DNA from: a bacterium
GTDB taxonomy: Bacteria; UBA8248
Assembly (NCBI GenBank): GCA_027622355.1
Contig: JAQBZT010000001.1
Span: forward strand, 1 to 49,308
Length of the DNA stretch: 49,308 nt
Direction of reading: 5' to 3'
The first letter of the stretch is position 1. Each line of letters opens with the position of its first letter. This document shows positions 17,646 to 26,343 of the stretch, piece after piece. The position numbers were made by a program, and so were the translations under genes. The notes under the pieces were generated by a model, which searched no databases, was not told the DNA's origin, and saw nothing but the letters and a program-made list of their open reading frames with translations.

Positions 17646-18011
17646 TTGGATCTCTACGCTCTCGGCCTGTTGATCTATGGAATCTTCATCGGAACCGTGA
17701 ACACCTCGACCGGTATCGGCTGGGGGGTGGCGACGGTTCCCTTTCTTTTCTTCTTCGTTCCGGGCCTCAGCCCGGCGCAGGTGGTGGCGGTCTCCCTCGT
17801 CGGCGGCATCTTCAGCAACGGAGCGGCCACGGTGGAGAATTTCCGGGGCGATCTGATCCACTGGCGCACCGCGGCCTACCTTGCGGCCGGCGCCGCCGCC
17901 GGCGGGATCATCGGCTCCCATATCATCCGCAGCCTGCCCGCGGCTCCCCTCCGCCGGATCCTCGGCGTCATCGTCCTTATTCTCGGCGCAAGGATGGTGC
18001 TGGGAAAGTGA
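17646..18011 (+). CDS. half-size TauE/SafE-like membrane protein
   Basis: Trimmed to TTG 17646 after GAGGAGG. About 121 aa and 4 TM. GxGxG-type TauE pattern and a C-terminal LRRILGVIVLILG helix. About half the usual family length. Confidence 0.5.
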   Translation: MDLYALGLLIYGIFIGTVNTSTGIGWGVATVPFLFFFVPGLSPAQVVAVSLVGGIFSNGAATVENFRGDLIHWRTAAYLAAGAAAGGIIGSHIIRSLPAAPLRRILGVIVLILGARMVLGK

Positions 18012-18138
18012 GGCCGGGGCCCGCGGGGGCGGGCGTTCCGTGCTAAAATAAACTATCCACATCCACCGGAAAACGGAGCCCGCCGCCCGGGAATCTCCTC
18101 CGCGGCCGAAGCGGGTCTTTTCGACAAGGAGACCCCCC

Positions 18139-19164
18139 ATGCTGCAGTCCACCATCGCCGGCAGCCTGCCGAAGCCCGCCTGGCTGGCGGAAGAGGTCGA
18201 ACTCTGGGCTCCCTGGAAATCCTCGGGAGCCGAGCTCGAGCGCGCCAAGCGGGACGCCGTCGCGCTCGCCATCAAGATCCAGGAAGACGCCGGGATCGAC
18301 ATCGTCACCGACGGGGAGCAGACGCGCCAGCATTTCGTTCACGGCTTCCTGGAGTTCGTGGAGGGAATTGATTTTTCCAAGCGCGTGCGCATCGGCATCC
18401 GCGATGATCGCTACGAGGCGGACTGCCCCGTCGTCGTGGGGCCCATCTCGAGAAGGCCGCCCGGCCACGCGGATGAGGTGCGCTACTCCCGCAGCCGAAC
18501 GAAGCACAAGCTCAAGTTCACCCTGCCGGGGCCCATGACCATCGTGGACACGCTGGCGGACAACCACTACGGCGATCGCCCGAAGCTCGCCATGGCGTTC
18601 GCCGAGGCGCTGAACGAAGAAGCCCGCGCACTGGAAGCCGCGGGCGCCGACATGATCCAGTTCGATGAGCCCGCCTTCAACGTCTACATGGACGCGGTCA
18701 AGACCTGGGGAATCGAGGCTCTCGAGCGCGCGGCCGATGGGCTCTCCTGCCAAACCGTGGTCCACATCTGCTACGGCTACGGCATCCAGGCCAACATCGA
18801 CTGGAAGGAGGGTCTTGCGGAGGAGTGGCGCCAGTACGAGGAGACCTTCCCGGTTCTCGCCAAAAGCCGGATCGGCGGCGTCTCCCTCGAGTGCGCCAAC
18901 TCCCGCGTGCCGATCAGCCTGCTCGGGCTCCTCGAGGGAAAAGACGTGCTCGTCGGCGCGATTGACGTAGCCGACCGCACCGTCGAAACCCCCGAACGGG
19001 TGGCGGCGGTCATCCGCGAAGCGATGCGGTACGTCTCGCCCGAGCGCCTCTACCCCTGTACCAACTGCGGCATGGTGCCACTCCCCCGCGATGTGGCCGA
19101 GGGCAAGCTTAAGGCCCTCGGCGCCGGAACGAAGCTCGTCCGCGAGGAAATCGCCGGGAAGTAA
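18139..19164 (+). CDS. cobalamin-independent methionine synthase (MetE C-terminal domain)-like protein
   Basis: 341 aa. Meth_synt_2-like pattern MLQSTIAGSLPKPAWL, DGEQTRQ, HICYG (H-x-C) and PCTNCGM zinc-ligand motifs. Confidence 0.85.
   Translation: MLQSTIAGSLPKPAWLAEEVELWAPWKSSGAELERAKRDAVALAIKIQEDAGIDIVTDGEQTRQHFVHGFLEFVEGIDFSKRVRIGIRDDRYEADCPVVVGPISRRPPGHADEVRYSRSRTKHKLKFTLPGPMTIVDTLADNHYGDRPKLAMAFAEALNEEARALEAAGADMIQFDEPAFNVYMDAVKTWGIEALERAADGLSCQTVVHICYGYGIQANIDWKEGLAEEWRQYEETFPVLAKSRIGGVSLECANSRVPISLLGLLEGKDVLVGAIDVADRTVETPERVAAVIREAMRYVSPERLYPCTNCGMVPLPRDVAEGKLKALGAGTKLVREEIAGK
19121..19164 (+). repeat. 44-bp direct repeat, copy 1 (last 13 codons plus stop of the MetE-like gene)
   Basis: gcgccggaacgaagctcgtccgcgaggaaatcgccgggaagtaa, identical to 19580..19623. 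Confidence 0.9.
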
Positions 19165-19299
19165 GACCGCTCCCCGGCAGGAAAAAACAAAAGGCCCATC
19201 TCCCTTTTCCGCTTTTGCAAAAAACGGAACCCGGCACGTCTAAATATCAAGAAATTGAATATGCGCCGCTTCCTTCTCCCGAGAATGGAGGGAAGGCCC

Positions 19300-19548
19300 G
19301 TGAAGAGGCATGCCTATCTTTTTGTAACGGCTTTCGCCCTGATCTCCTGCGGTATCCCGCAGACGCCTTCCACCTACACGGCGCCTGCGTCTACATCTCC
19401 GCCCGCTGCGGCTCCGGCTCAGCCTGCACAAAAATATTCTTCCGAGTATCGCCGCAGGCCGCACCAGTGGGATGGGCCGCGGACGTACTCACACCCGCAC
19501 ACCCATCCACCCGCCTTGCGTCACCGGTGGAACAGATACTCGCGATAG
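19300..19548 (+). CDS. possible small lipoprotein with His/Pro-rich tail
   Basis: GTG at 19300 after GGAGGGAAGG. VKRHAYLFVTAFALIS-C lipobox. Lies entirely inside the segment bracketed by the 44-bp repeats. No homology recognised. Confidence 0.35.
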   Translation: MKRHAYLFVTAFALISCGIPQTPSTYTAPASTSPPAAAPAQPAQKYSSEYRRRPHQWDGPRTYSHPHTHPPALRHRWNRYSR

Positions 19549-19579
19549 GGCGTTTGACGCGGCCGGCCGCGCGGTCGAA

Positions 19580-19623
19580 GCGCCGGAACGAAGCTCGTCC
19601 GCGAGGAAATCGCCGGGAAGTAA
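19580..19623 (+). repeat. 44-bp direct repeat, copy 2 (orphan copy, preceded in frame by TGA)
   Basis: Perfect copy of 19121..19164. Sequences immediately flanking the two copies differ. Confidence 0.9.
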
Positions 19624-19657
19624 TAGGGAGGCGGAACCGCTCTCCTCGCGCTCTTCC

Positions 19658-20686
19658 CTAAACCTCGAACTTCCGTGTGACGGAGCGGCTCGCGCCGTTC
19701 CAGCCGTGGAGGATGTTTGTCTGCGGGCCGGGGATGCCGCCCGCGACGATGAGGAGGAGATGCTCGGGCTTCTTGATGACGGGGATGAACTTCTCGTCGT
19801 CATCAAAGTCGGCCGCGCAGGGGAGGGATCTGACGCGATCGGGGGAGTAGCCTCCCGCCTTTTTGAGCTCGCCCGCCGCCCGCCCCGCCATCTCGCAGAG
19901 CCTCTGGTGCACCTCGGCCTTCGTCATCCCCGCCTTGGCGCAGATGTTCGCGTGGTCGGGGGCCATCGCCACCACCATGTCGGATTCCTGAAGCGAGTTC
20001 ATCGAGCCGAGCGAGCTCATCGAGTCGGCGATGCCCGCAAGGAGCCTTTCGGGCCCGTTGCTCACATCGTCGAAAAACTGAAAGGGGGCGATGGCGGCGA
20101 CGGCGGTCAGGACGTTTTCCTCCGCGCCGAAGCCCTTTGTCGCCGAGAGCGGCTCCCACGGGCTTTGGGCCTCGTTCTCGGCGATGCAGTAGGTATAGCG
20201 GCCGGGATGGCCGAAGGTGCTCATGGAGACGACGCCGGGGATGCCCGCCCCCAGGTTCAGCAGCATGAGCCGGATCGCCCTTCCGATCGTCGCGTTGGCG
20301 CGGAAGCCGGGGCCGAAGCAGCCGCTCCCCCCGTGCAGGCCGATCTCCTTCGCGTAGGGGCCGTTGACGATCAGGAGCGGCGCGGCGCTGCTCATCGTGG
20401 CCTGGATGCCGTTTATGCTAAAGGGCTCGGCGAGGATGGCCTCGAGCCCGCCGATCACCACGGGAAGATAGGCTGGCTTGCAGCCCGCCATCACGGCGTG
20501 AACGGCGACGGTGTAAACGGCCGCCACTTCGTTTCCCGGCGGGATGGCGCCGATGACTTCATCGGGATCGCGGCGCGTGCCCGAGAGCATCTCCGCCACG
20601 CGCGCCTCGGTGGGGATCACGACCGGCAGGCCGTCGGACCATTCCTTCTCGAAGAAAAATTCGAACTCATCGCCCGCTTGCGGCAT
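19658..20686 (-). CDS. conserved hypothetical protein (about 342 aa)
   Basis: Trimmed to ATG at 20684-20686 (MPQAGDEFEFFFEKEWSDGLPVVIPTE...) after GGAAGGA. Globular, non-repetitive sequence. No domain recognised by eye. Confidence 0.6.
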   Translation of the reverse strand: MPQAGDEFEFFFEKEWSDGLPVVIPTEARVAEMLSGTRRDPDEVIGAIPPGNEVAAVYTVAVHAVMAGCKPAYLPVVIGGLEAILAEPFSINGIQATMSSAAPLLIVNGPYAKEIGLHGGSGCFGPGFRANATIGRAIRLMLLNLGAGIPGVVSMSTFGHPGRYTYCIAENEAQSPWEPLSATKGFGAEENVLTAVAAIAPFQFFDDVSNGPERLLAGIADSMSSLGSMNSLQESDMVVAMAPDHANICAKAGMTKAEVHQRLCEMAGRAAGELKKAGGYSPDRVRSLPCAADFDDDEKFIPVIKKPEHLLLIVAGGIPGPQTNILHGWNGASRSVTRKFEV

Positions 20687-20730
20687 GGCACATCCTTCCG
20701 AGGGTTCCGGGTGAAGTTTTCTGATTCGTC

Positions 20731-21198
20731 CTAGTTCGCTCGCTCGTTCTTCCACCGGGGCATGGAAGCGATCAAGCGCTTGACATCCTCCGCCTCGGGG
20801 ACACCCAGCCGGACCAGGGCCCGGTAGTCCCGCATGGCGGCGGGACGGTTTCCCAGGCGGACATGGGCCTGCGCGCGGTACTCGAAAGCCTCCGCATAGG
20901 AGGGGTTCAGCGCCAAGGCCCGGTTGTACGCCTCAATCGCCTCGCGCACCCGGCCGGCGTGACGAAGGCTGTAGCCGAGCAGGGTGTAAGCTTTGTAGTT
21001 GCGGGGGTTTTCGGCGACCGCCCGCTGGAACAGATCGGCGGCACGGTTCCAGTTTCCCCTGGAGGTCTCGATCCGGCCTTGGTCATAAAATGAGCCTTTG
21101 GGGTTGGGCGCCAGCTGCTTTGCCGGGTCATACGCCAAGGAAGGGGCGGAAACCGCCAACGACAGAGAAATCGCCATTAAACCAAACAAAATTTTCAC
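20731..21198 (-). CDS. secreted TPR-repeat protein
   Basis: GTG at 21196-21198, 7 nt after GGAGG (VKILFGLMAISLSLAVSAPSLA signal peptide). TPR units (AYTLLGYSLRHAGRVREAIEAYNRALALNP...). Confidence 0.7.
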   Translation of the reverse strand: MKILFGLMAISLSLAVSAPSLAYDPAKQLAPNPKGSFYDQGRIETSRGNWNRAADLFQRAVAENPRNYKAYTLLGYSLRHAGRVREAIEAYNRALALNPSYAEAFEYRAQAHVRLGNRPAAMRDYRALVRLGVPEAEDVKRLIASMPRWKNERAN

Positions 21199-21390
21199 GT
21201 ACCTGCCTCCAATATGGCGCCGATCAAAAAACGTTTCCCCGGAAGCGGGGACAGGGACTGCTAAGAGGGGCCAATATATCCCGATCATACGTCCGAAGCG
21301 AGCACAGACGGGATGTGGAAATGAAAAGCCCGATTCCCTTATGATGCTTTCATCCCGGCAACATTTCGCCGCCGTGAAGGAGGATGGTCC

Positions 21391-22293
21391 GTGGGCAGAA
21401 GTTGGAGCTTCGCTTGCTTTCTCGTCATCGCCGCGCTCTCCGTGACGGCTCCGGCCGCCCGGGCGGCGAGCCCGTTCGATAGCGTCCAGATCAAAACGCA
21501 CCGCGTCGCCGGAAACATCTATATGCTCGAGGGCTCAGGAGGAAACATCGGGGTTTCCGTCGGGGAGGACGGCATCCTGATGATCGACGATCAGTTCGCT
21601 CCGCTCTCGAATAAAATCAAGGCCGCGCTCGCCCGGCTCGGCCCCGGCAAACCGAAGTTTCTCCTCAACACCCATTGGCACCCCGATCACACGAGCGGAA
21701 ACCCCGTCTTCGGAAAGGACACCCCCATCATCTCGCACAAGAACGTGCGCAAGCGTTTGGAGGAGGGCGTCCGCCGCAGAAATACCTACAACAAGCCCCT
21801 GCCCAAGGAAGGCCTGCCCGTCATCACCTTCGACGAATCGCTCTCGATTCACTTCAACGGCGAGGAGATTCGTGCGATTCACTTCCCCACCGGCCACACC
21901 GACGGCGACACCATCGTGTTTTTCCCAAAATCGAAGGTGGTCCACATGGGCGATCACATGTTCTCGGGGCTGTTCCCCTTCATCGATCTCGTCACCGGGG
22001 GAGACGTGGAGGGTTACACGAAAAACGTCAAGGCCGTGCTGGATCGCATCCCGCCCGAAACGAAAGTCATTCCGGGCCACGGACCCTTGAGCGGCGTCAA
22101 GGAGCTAAAAGTGTTTTATGGAATGCTGGTTGAGACAACCGATTTCATCCGCGGAAAGATCCGTGCCGGAAAAGGGCTGGATGCGATCAAGGCGGAAGGC
22201 CTCCCCGCCAGATGGAAGGGCTGGGCCTGGCAATTCGTCTCCGAGGAAAAATGGATAGCCACCGTCTACATGAGTCTGCAGCGGAAAAAATAA
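21391..22293 (+). CDS. secreted MBL-fold metallo-hydrolase
   Basis: Signal peptide. HWHPDHTSGN (HxHxDH) motif and a later GHG motif. Confidence 0.8.
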   Translation: MGRSWSFACFLVIAALSVTAPAARAASPFDSVQIKTHRVAGNIYMLEGSGGNIGVSVGEDGILMIDDQFAPLSNKIKAALARLGPGKPKFLLNTHWHPDHTSGNPVFGKDTPIISHKNVRKRLEEGVRRRNTYNKPLPKEGLPVITFDESLSIHFNGEEIRAIHFPTGHTDGDTIVFFPKSKVVHMGDHMFSGLFPFIDLVTGGDVEGYTKNVKAVLDRIPPETKVIPGHGPLSGVKELKVFYGMLVETTDFIRGKIRAGKGLDAIKAEGLPARWKGWAWQFVSEEKWIATVYMSLQRKK

Positions 22294-22306
22294 TCTGCCC
22301 GCACAA

Positions 22307-22339
22307 CAAAAAAGCCCCCGGCTGGCCGAGGGCTTTTTT
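22307..22339. terminator. bidirectional rho-independent terminator
   Basis: A7-GCCCCCGG-ctgg-CCGAGGGC-T6 between convergent MBL and OsmC genes. Confidence 0.6.
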
Positions 22340-22354
22340 GATCCCGTGAAAAAA

Positions 22355-22831
22355 TTATTCGTTCACGTGCCAGGTGTCGACCATCTTACAGCCGCTCGCC
22401 ACGAACATGTTGTAAAGGGGGCAGCGCTTGTAGTAGTCGGCCTTGGCGGCTTCCATCTGCTCGGCGGTGGCGTTCGTCTTGAGCCAGACTTCGGTCTGCG
22501 CTTCGGTCGGGTGGGGCTGGTAGCCCTCTTGGCCGGCGATGCCGCGCGGGCTGTAAACAATGTTGGACTTCACCTTGAGGGTTTCGATCTCGAGCTTCGC
22601 GTCTTTCATCGCCCGCTCGAGGATGACGGCGGTGCAGCCGGCGAGGGCGGCCACAAGGTAGCCCGTGGGCGAGGGGCCCTCGTTCGAGCCGCCGAGCGGT
22701 TTGGGCTCGTCCACGATGATGGTATGGCCGCTCTTGGTGGTGACGATGCCCTTGGCGTGCCCCTTGAAGTCGAGCTCCGCCCAGTTCTCGGTGGTCTCGG
22801 GAAGCTCTTTCGGTCGGATGTTCATGGCCAT
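22355..22831 (-). CDS. OsmC/Ohr family peroxiredoxin-like protein
   Basis: 158 aa, AGGAGG RBS. OsmC pattern GGSNEGPSPTGYLVAALAGCT plus a C-terminal Cys region. Confidence 0.8.
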   Translation of the reverse strand: MAMNIRPKELPETTENWAELDFKGHAKGIVTTKSGHTIIVDEPKPLGGSNEGPSPTGYLVAALAGCTAVILERAMKDAKLEIETLKVKSNIVYSPRGIAGQEGYQPHPTEAQTEVWLKTNATAEQMEAAKADYYKRCPLYNMFVASGCKMVDTWHVNE

Positions 22832-22972
22832 GAAGGAAACACCTCCTGAAAAAAGATAGACCGCGCCCGTGTGCGGCGGCCGCGCGTTCCGCTTTGCGAG
22901 GTGAAGGAGAATACCAAAGGAGGCGCGTGCGGGAAAACAGCAAGGAGAGCCCCGGCGCCGGGCGCAGAGGCC

Positions 22973-23425
22973 CTAGAGGGCCTTGAGGACTTCCTTGGTG
23001 TGGTCCTTAACCTTCACGTCCTCGAACACCTTCTCAACGCGGCCCTTCTCGTTGATGATGAAGGTGGTGCGGAAGACGGATTCGAACTTGCTGCCGAAAA
23101 TCTCTTTTTCGCCGTAAGCCCCGTATTTCGAAGCGATTTCGGCGTCCGGGTCCGCGAGGAGGGGAAAATTGAGCTTCAGCTCCTCGCTGAAGCGCTTGTG
23201 GCTCACCTCGTTGTCCGGGCTCACCCCCAGCAGGATCACCCCTTTCGCCTGGATCTGCTTGAAATCCTTGTTAAAATTCTTGGCTTCTATGGTGCACCCG
23301 GGGGTGCCGTCCTTGGGGTAAAAATAAAGAACGATCTTCTGGCCCTTGTATTGCGAAAGGCGGTGGAGCTTGCCGTTTTCGTCGCGGAGACTGAAAGCGG
23401 GCGCCATGCATCCTGACTTCATCAC
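22973..23425 (-). CDS. bcp: thioredoxin-dependent thiol peroxidase (Bcp-type peroxiredoxin)
   Basis: 150 aa. FYPKDGTPGCT active-site motif. Confidence 0.85.
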   Translation of the reverse strand: MMKSGCMAPAFSLRDENGKLHRLSQYKGQKIVLYFYPKDGTPGCTIEAKNFNKDFKQIQAKGVILLGVSPDNEVSHKRFSEELKLNFPLLADPDAEIASKYGAYGEKEIFGSKFESVFRTTFIINEKGRVEKVFEDVKVKDHTKEVLKAL

Positions 23426-23542
23426 AAAAACCCCCTTATTTCATTGTGTTTCTCTCTCGACCCCCAAGCACATTGATAATACAGGACTACAACTGTTTTC
23501 TATATTGCCATATCGGGAGGAAGGCTTCAAGTCGGGGAAAAA

Positions 23543-24400
23543 TCAGAGACCCCAGTCGCGGGCATAGCGGAAGTCGCGGTCGATCGTCCGGGCGCTGAGC
23601 TTGGCGATCAGGGGGAGGCGGCGCTTGTACTGGCTGCGCTGCACCAGCCGCATCACACCATCCACAAGCGCGGCGGAAAAACCCCGGGAGAAAAGCTCAT
23701 CGCGTTGGTAGCGCCGATCGATCATCAGATAGAGGAGCGCGTCCACCTCCTCGTAGGTGAAGCCGAGTTCGTCCTCGTCCGTCTGCCCCACCCACAGATC
23801 CGCGCTCGGCGGCTTCTGGATGACTTCCTTGGGCACTCCCAGATGCCGGGCGATCTGGCGGATCTGGGTTTTGTACAGATCCCCGATAGGGTTGACCGCG
23901 CTGGCCATGTCTCCGAAGAGAGTTCCGTAGCCGAGGAGGAGTTCGGTCTTGTTGCTCGTCCCCACCACCAGGGCGCCGAGCCGGGCGGAGTGATCGTAGA
24001 GAATTGTCATCCGCTCACGGGCCATCTTGTTTCCACGGCGAAGCGGGTCGGCATCGGGGAAGCGCTCGAAATACGCATCGATCTGCGGGCTGATGTCCAC
24101 CACCTGGATCTGGATGCCGCTCGCGCGGGCAACCGAGCGGGCGTCGCGCTCGCTCTGGGGGTTCGAGAGCCGGTAGGGCATGATGATACCCGTCACGTTC
24201 TTGGGGCCCAGCGCGCGGGCGGCCACGAAGGCGGAAACCGCGCTGTCAATTCCGCCCGAGAGCCCCAAAACCAGATTTTTCACCCCGACCTTCATCACCT
24301 CGTCCCGGATGAAACCCACCAGAAGGTCCGTGGCGAGCGGCGAATCCAGCTCGAACTCTTCCAGGATTGAGGCGACCAGTATCCCGTTTTTTTTAGACAC
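23543..24400 (-). CDS. nadE: NAD+ synthetase (stand-alone synthetase domain)
   Basis: 285 aa, GTG start after GGAGG. PP-loop [11 protein letters not shown] and a conserved C-terminal KPPSADLW motif. Confidence 0.9.
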   Translation of the reverse strand: MSKKNGILVASILEEFELDSPLATDLLVGFIRDEVMKVGVKNLVLGLSGGIDSAVSAFVAARALGPKNVTGIIMPYRLSNPQSERDARSVARASGIQIQVVDISPQIDAYFERFPDADPLRRGNKMARERMTILYDHSARLGALVVGTSNKTELLLGYGTLFGDMASAVNPIGDLYKTQIRQIARHLGVPKEVIQKPPSADLWVGQTDEDELGFTYEEVDALLYLMIDRRYQRDELFSRGFSAALVDGVMRLVQRSQYKRRLPLIAKLSARTIDRDFRYARDWGL

Positions 24401-24489
24401 CGAAAATACCTCCGCTGGACCAATTCGATGCGCCCTATGATGCCCGCTGGGGGCGCGGCCTGCAACGGGAAAATGCGCTTTCCCGCCCG

Positions 24490-24518
24490 TTGACCGGCTC
24501 CGCGCGCGGAGTTACCTT
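24490..24518 (+). promoter_or_regulatory. candidate promoter with embedded 14-bp palindrome (possible operator)
   Basis: TTGACC (24490-24495), 17 nt, TACCTT (24513-24518). The spacer contains the perfect palindrome CTCCGCGCGCGGAG (24498-24511). It lies 55 nt upstream of the bicupin ATG. Confidence 0.25.
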
Positions 24519-24572
24519 TTGGGGCCTTGAATCCAGTTCACGTTAACCGATTCGCTCCCGCGGGAGGCCAAA

Positions 24573-25322
24573 ATGCCTGTTCTTGGAACGGTGGACCGTC
24601 TCAAGTGGGTTTACGACCCGTCAACGATCCGCAAGGGCGGCGCTCCCCGGCCGCTGGCCACGCCGCACATCGAGCTTCGGATCATCGTCCTCAAGCCGGG
24701 GGTGCAGCCCGCCTACCACCGGCACCAGGAAGAGATGGACGAGGGCTACCTCATCTACCGGGGTCATGGTGTGGTCCACCACGACGGGGAGGAATTCGAG
24801 GTCCGCGCGGGGGATGTCGTTCACGTCCCGGGCGGCACCTGGCACCAGATGAAAAACATCGGTGATGCGGATTTGATCGAGTTTAACTTCCGGGGAGGGA
24901 AAATGCCCTCGGTCAACATCCTTCCCGATCAGGAAGAACCTCAGAAAAAAACGGGGGGCGGCTATCACCTTCTCGGCAATCTCGATTCCCTGAAATGGGT
25001 TTTCAGCCTGGACGACATCAAATCGAACGGGCCGCCCACGGTCATCGCCACCCCCCATCTCGAAGTGCGCATCCTCGATTTCGGCCCGGGGGATCAGCCC
25101 GCGAGCCTGCACCGCCACCAAAAGGAAATGGACGAGATTTACCTGGTCGCGGAGGGCGAAGCCCATCTGCACGGCGACATCGGCGGGGTGGACGTCAAAA
25201 AAGGCGATGTGGTTCACATCCCCGGAGGCGCATGGCATAACACCGAAAACCGCAGCAAGAAACGGCTGCTTCTGTTCAACATCCGGGGCGGGCGGATGCC
25301 CTCCTCTTCCGAGTGGGCGTAG
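24573..25322 (+). CDS. bicupin (two cupin domains)
   Basis: 249 aa with an internal duplication: LKWVYDPSTI...AYHRHQEEMDEGYL...VHVPGGTWHQ and LKWVFSLDDI...SLHRHQKEMDEIYL...VHIPGGAWHN. Confidence 0.75.
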   Translation: MPVLGTVDRLKWVYDPSTIRKGGAPRPLATPHIELRIIVLKPGVQPAYHRHQEEMDEGYLIYRGHGVVHHDGEEFEVRAGDVVHVPGGTWHQMKNIGDADLIEFNFRGGKMPSVNILPDQEEPQKKTGGGYHLLGNLDSLKWVFSLDDIKSNGPPTVIATPHLEVRILDFGPGDQPASLHRHQKEMDEIYLVAEGEAHLHGDIGGVDVKKGDVVHIPGGAWHNTENRSKKRLLLFNIRGGRMPSSSEWA

Positions 25323-25357
25323 CCGCATCCGGACCTTTTCCCAGAGAAAGGAAATAA

Positions 25358-25753
25358 ATGGCCATCACAGGGGGTTACAATCATATCCACATGATCAGCC
25401 CGGACCCGAAGGCGGCGGCGGACTGGTTCGTGAAATTCCTCGGTGCCGAAATCTTCGGGGATGAAGAGCTTCGCGGCGCCCGGAACGTCCGGATGAAGAT
25501 CGGCGATGCGAATCTTTATGTGCGCGGCAAGCGGACGAGCGACAAGATCGCCGACACCGGCGGCGGGCGCCCCTACGGCATCGATCATTTCTGCTTCAGC
25601 GTATCCGACATCGAGGATTTGCTCCGGTATGTGGAACAGAACGGCGGGCCCATCCCCCAGCCGCTCTTCTCCCTCCCGAGCGGGAACCGCGCCGCCTACG
25701 TGATGGGGCCCGATGGCGTGCACATCGAGCTCATCGAACCCAAGGCATCCTGA
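25358..25753 (+). CDS. VOC (glyoxalase/dioxygenase) family protein
   Basis: 131 aa. HIHMISPDP...FLGAE and IDHFCFSV...GVHIELIE pattern of the paired beta-alpha-beta-beta-beta fold. Confidence 0.7.
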   Translation: MAITGGYNHIHMISPDPKAAADWFVKFLGAEIFGDEELRGARNVRMKIGDANLYVRGKRTSDKIADTGGGRPYGIDHFCFSVSDIEDLLRYVEQNGGPIPQPLFSLPSGNRAAYVMGPDGVHIELIEPKAS

Positions 25754-25770
25754 ATCTGAAAGGAGTTTCC

Positions 25771-26343
25771 GTGGCGCCCAAGCTCAAGCAGCTTCAGCAC
25801 ATCGCCATCATCGCCCGCGATATCGACGTATCCCTGCGCTTCTACCGGGACGTTCTCGGATTCCGGATGATCGAGCGGCACGGGCCGGGCGAGGCCGAGG
25901 GCTACAACAACTATCTGAATTTCATGACCATCACCGACGAGCACCACGTCATCAACGTCGTGGAGCTTGCCCCCGAGAACCGGCCGAAAGAGGATCGGAG
26001 TCCGAGCGGCTACGGACTGCACCATTTCGCCTTCTCGGTCGAGGACAAGGCCGAGTTCGACGCCTGGTACGATCACCTCAAGGCGAACGGCGTCAAGTTC
26101 GTCAAAGAGCCGGTCGTACACAGCCCGACCCACCCCGAGGGGGACGGCTCCTGGGGCGAGAACCGGGCAATGTACTTCCCCGATCCGGACGGGAACCTCA
26201 TCGAGATCTTCTGCGACATGGGGATTCTGAATAAAAATAACGAATTCAACCGCGAATGGCACGCCGGGCGGCTGAAGCGCGACGGCCACGACCCGGCGAA
26301 AACCGAACCGCCCGTGACGGGAAAATACAAAGAGCGTCCCTAG
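25771..26343 (+). CDS. VOC family protein (extradiol-dioxygenase-like)
   Basis: 190 aa, GTG start after AAAGGAG. LQHIAIIARDIDVSLRFYRDVLGF, LHHFAFSV, DPDGNLIEIF. Confidence 0.75.
   Translation: MAPKLKQLQHIAIIARDIDVSLRFYRDVLGFRMIERHGPGEAEGYNNYLNFMTITDEHHVINVVELAPENRPKEDRSPSGYGLHHFAFSVEDKAEFDAWYDHLKANGVKFVKEPVVHSPTHPEGDGSWGENRAMYFPDPDGNLIEIFCDMGILNKNNEFNREWHAGRLKRDGHDPAKTEPPVTGKYKERP

Noticed and set aside
18040-18138. Leader upstream of the MetE-like gene, considered as a SAM or cobalamin riboswitch. It also holds an isolated DnaA-box-like CTATCCACA around 18050-18060.
   Set aside because: I cannot recognise any riboswitch consensus by eye. There is only a short CCGC/GCGG hairpin with a weak T-run, and a single box-like 9-mer is expected by chance.
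22832-22972. GC palindrome CCCGGCGCCGGG downstream of bcp, considered as a terminator.
   Set aside because: The palindrome leaves essentially no loop and the following T-run is weak, so it is not confident enough to list as a feature.
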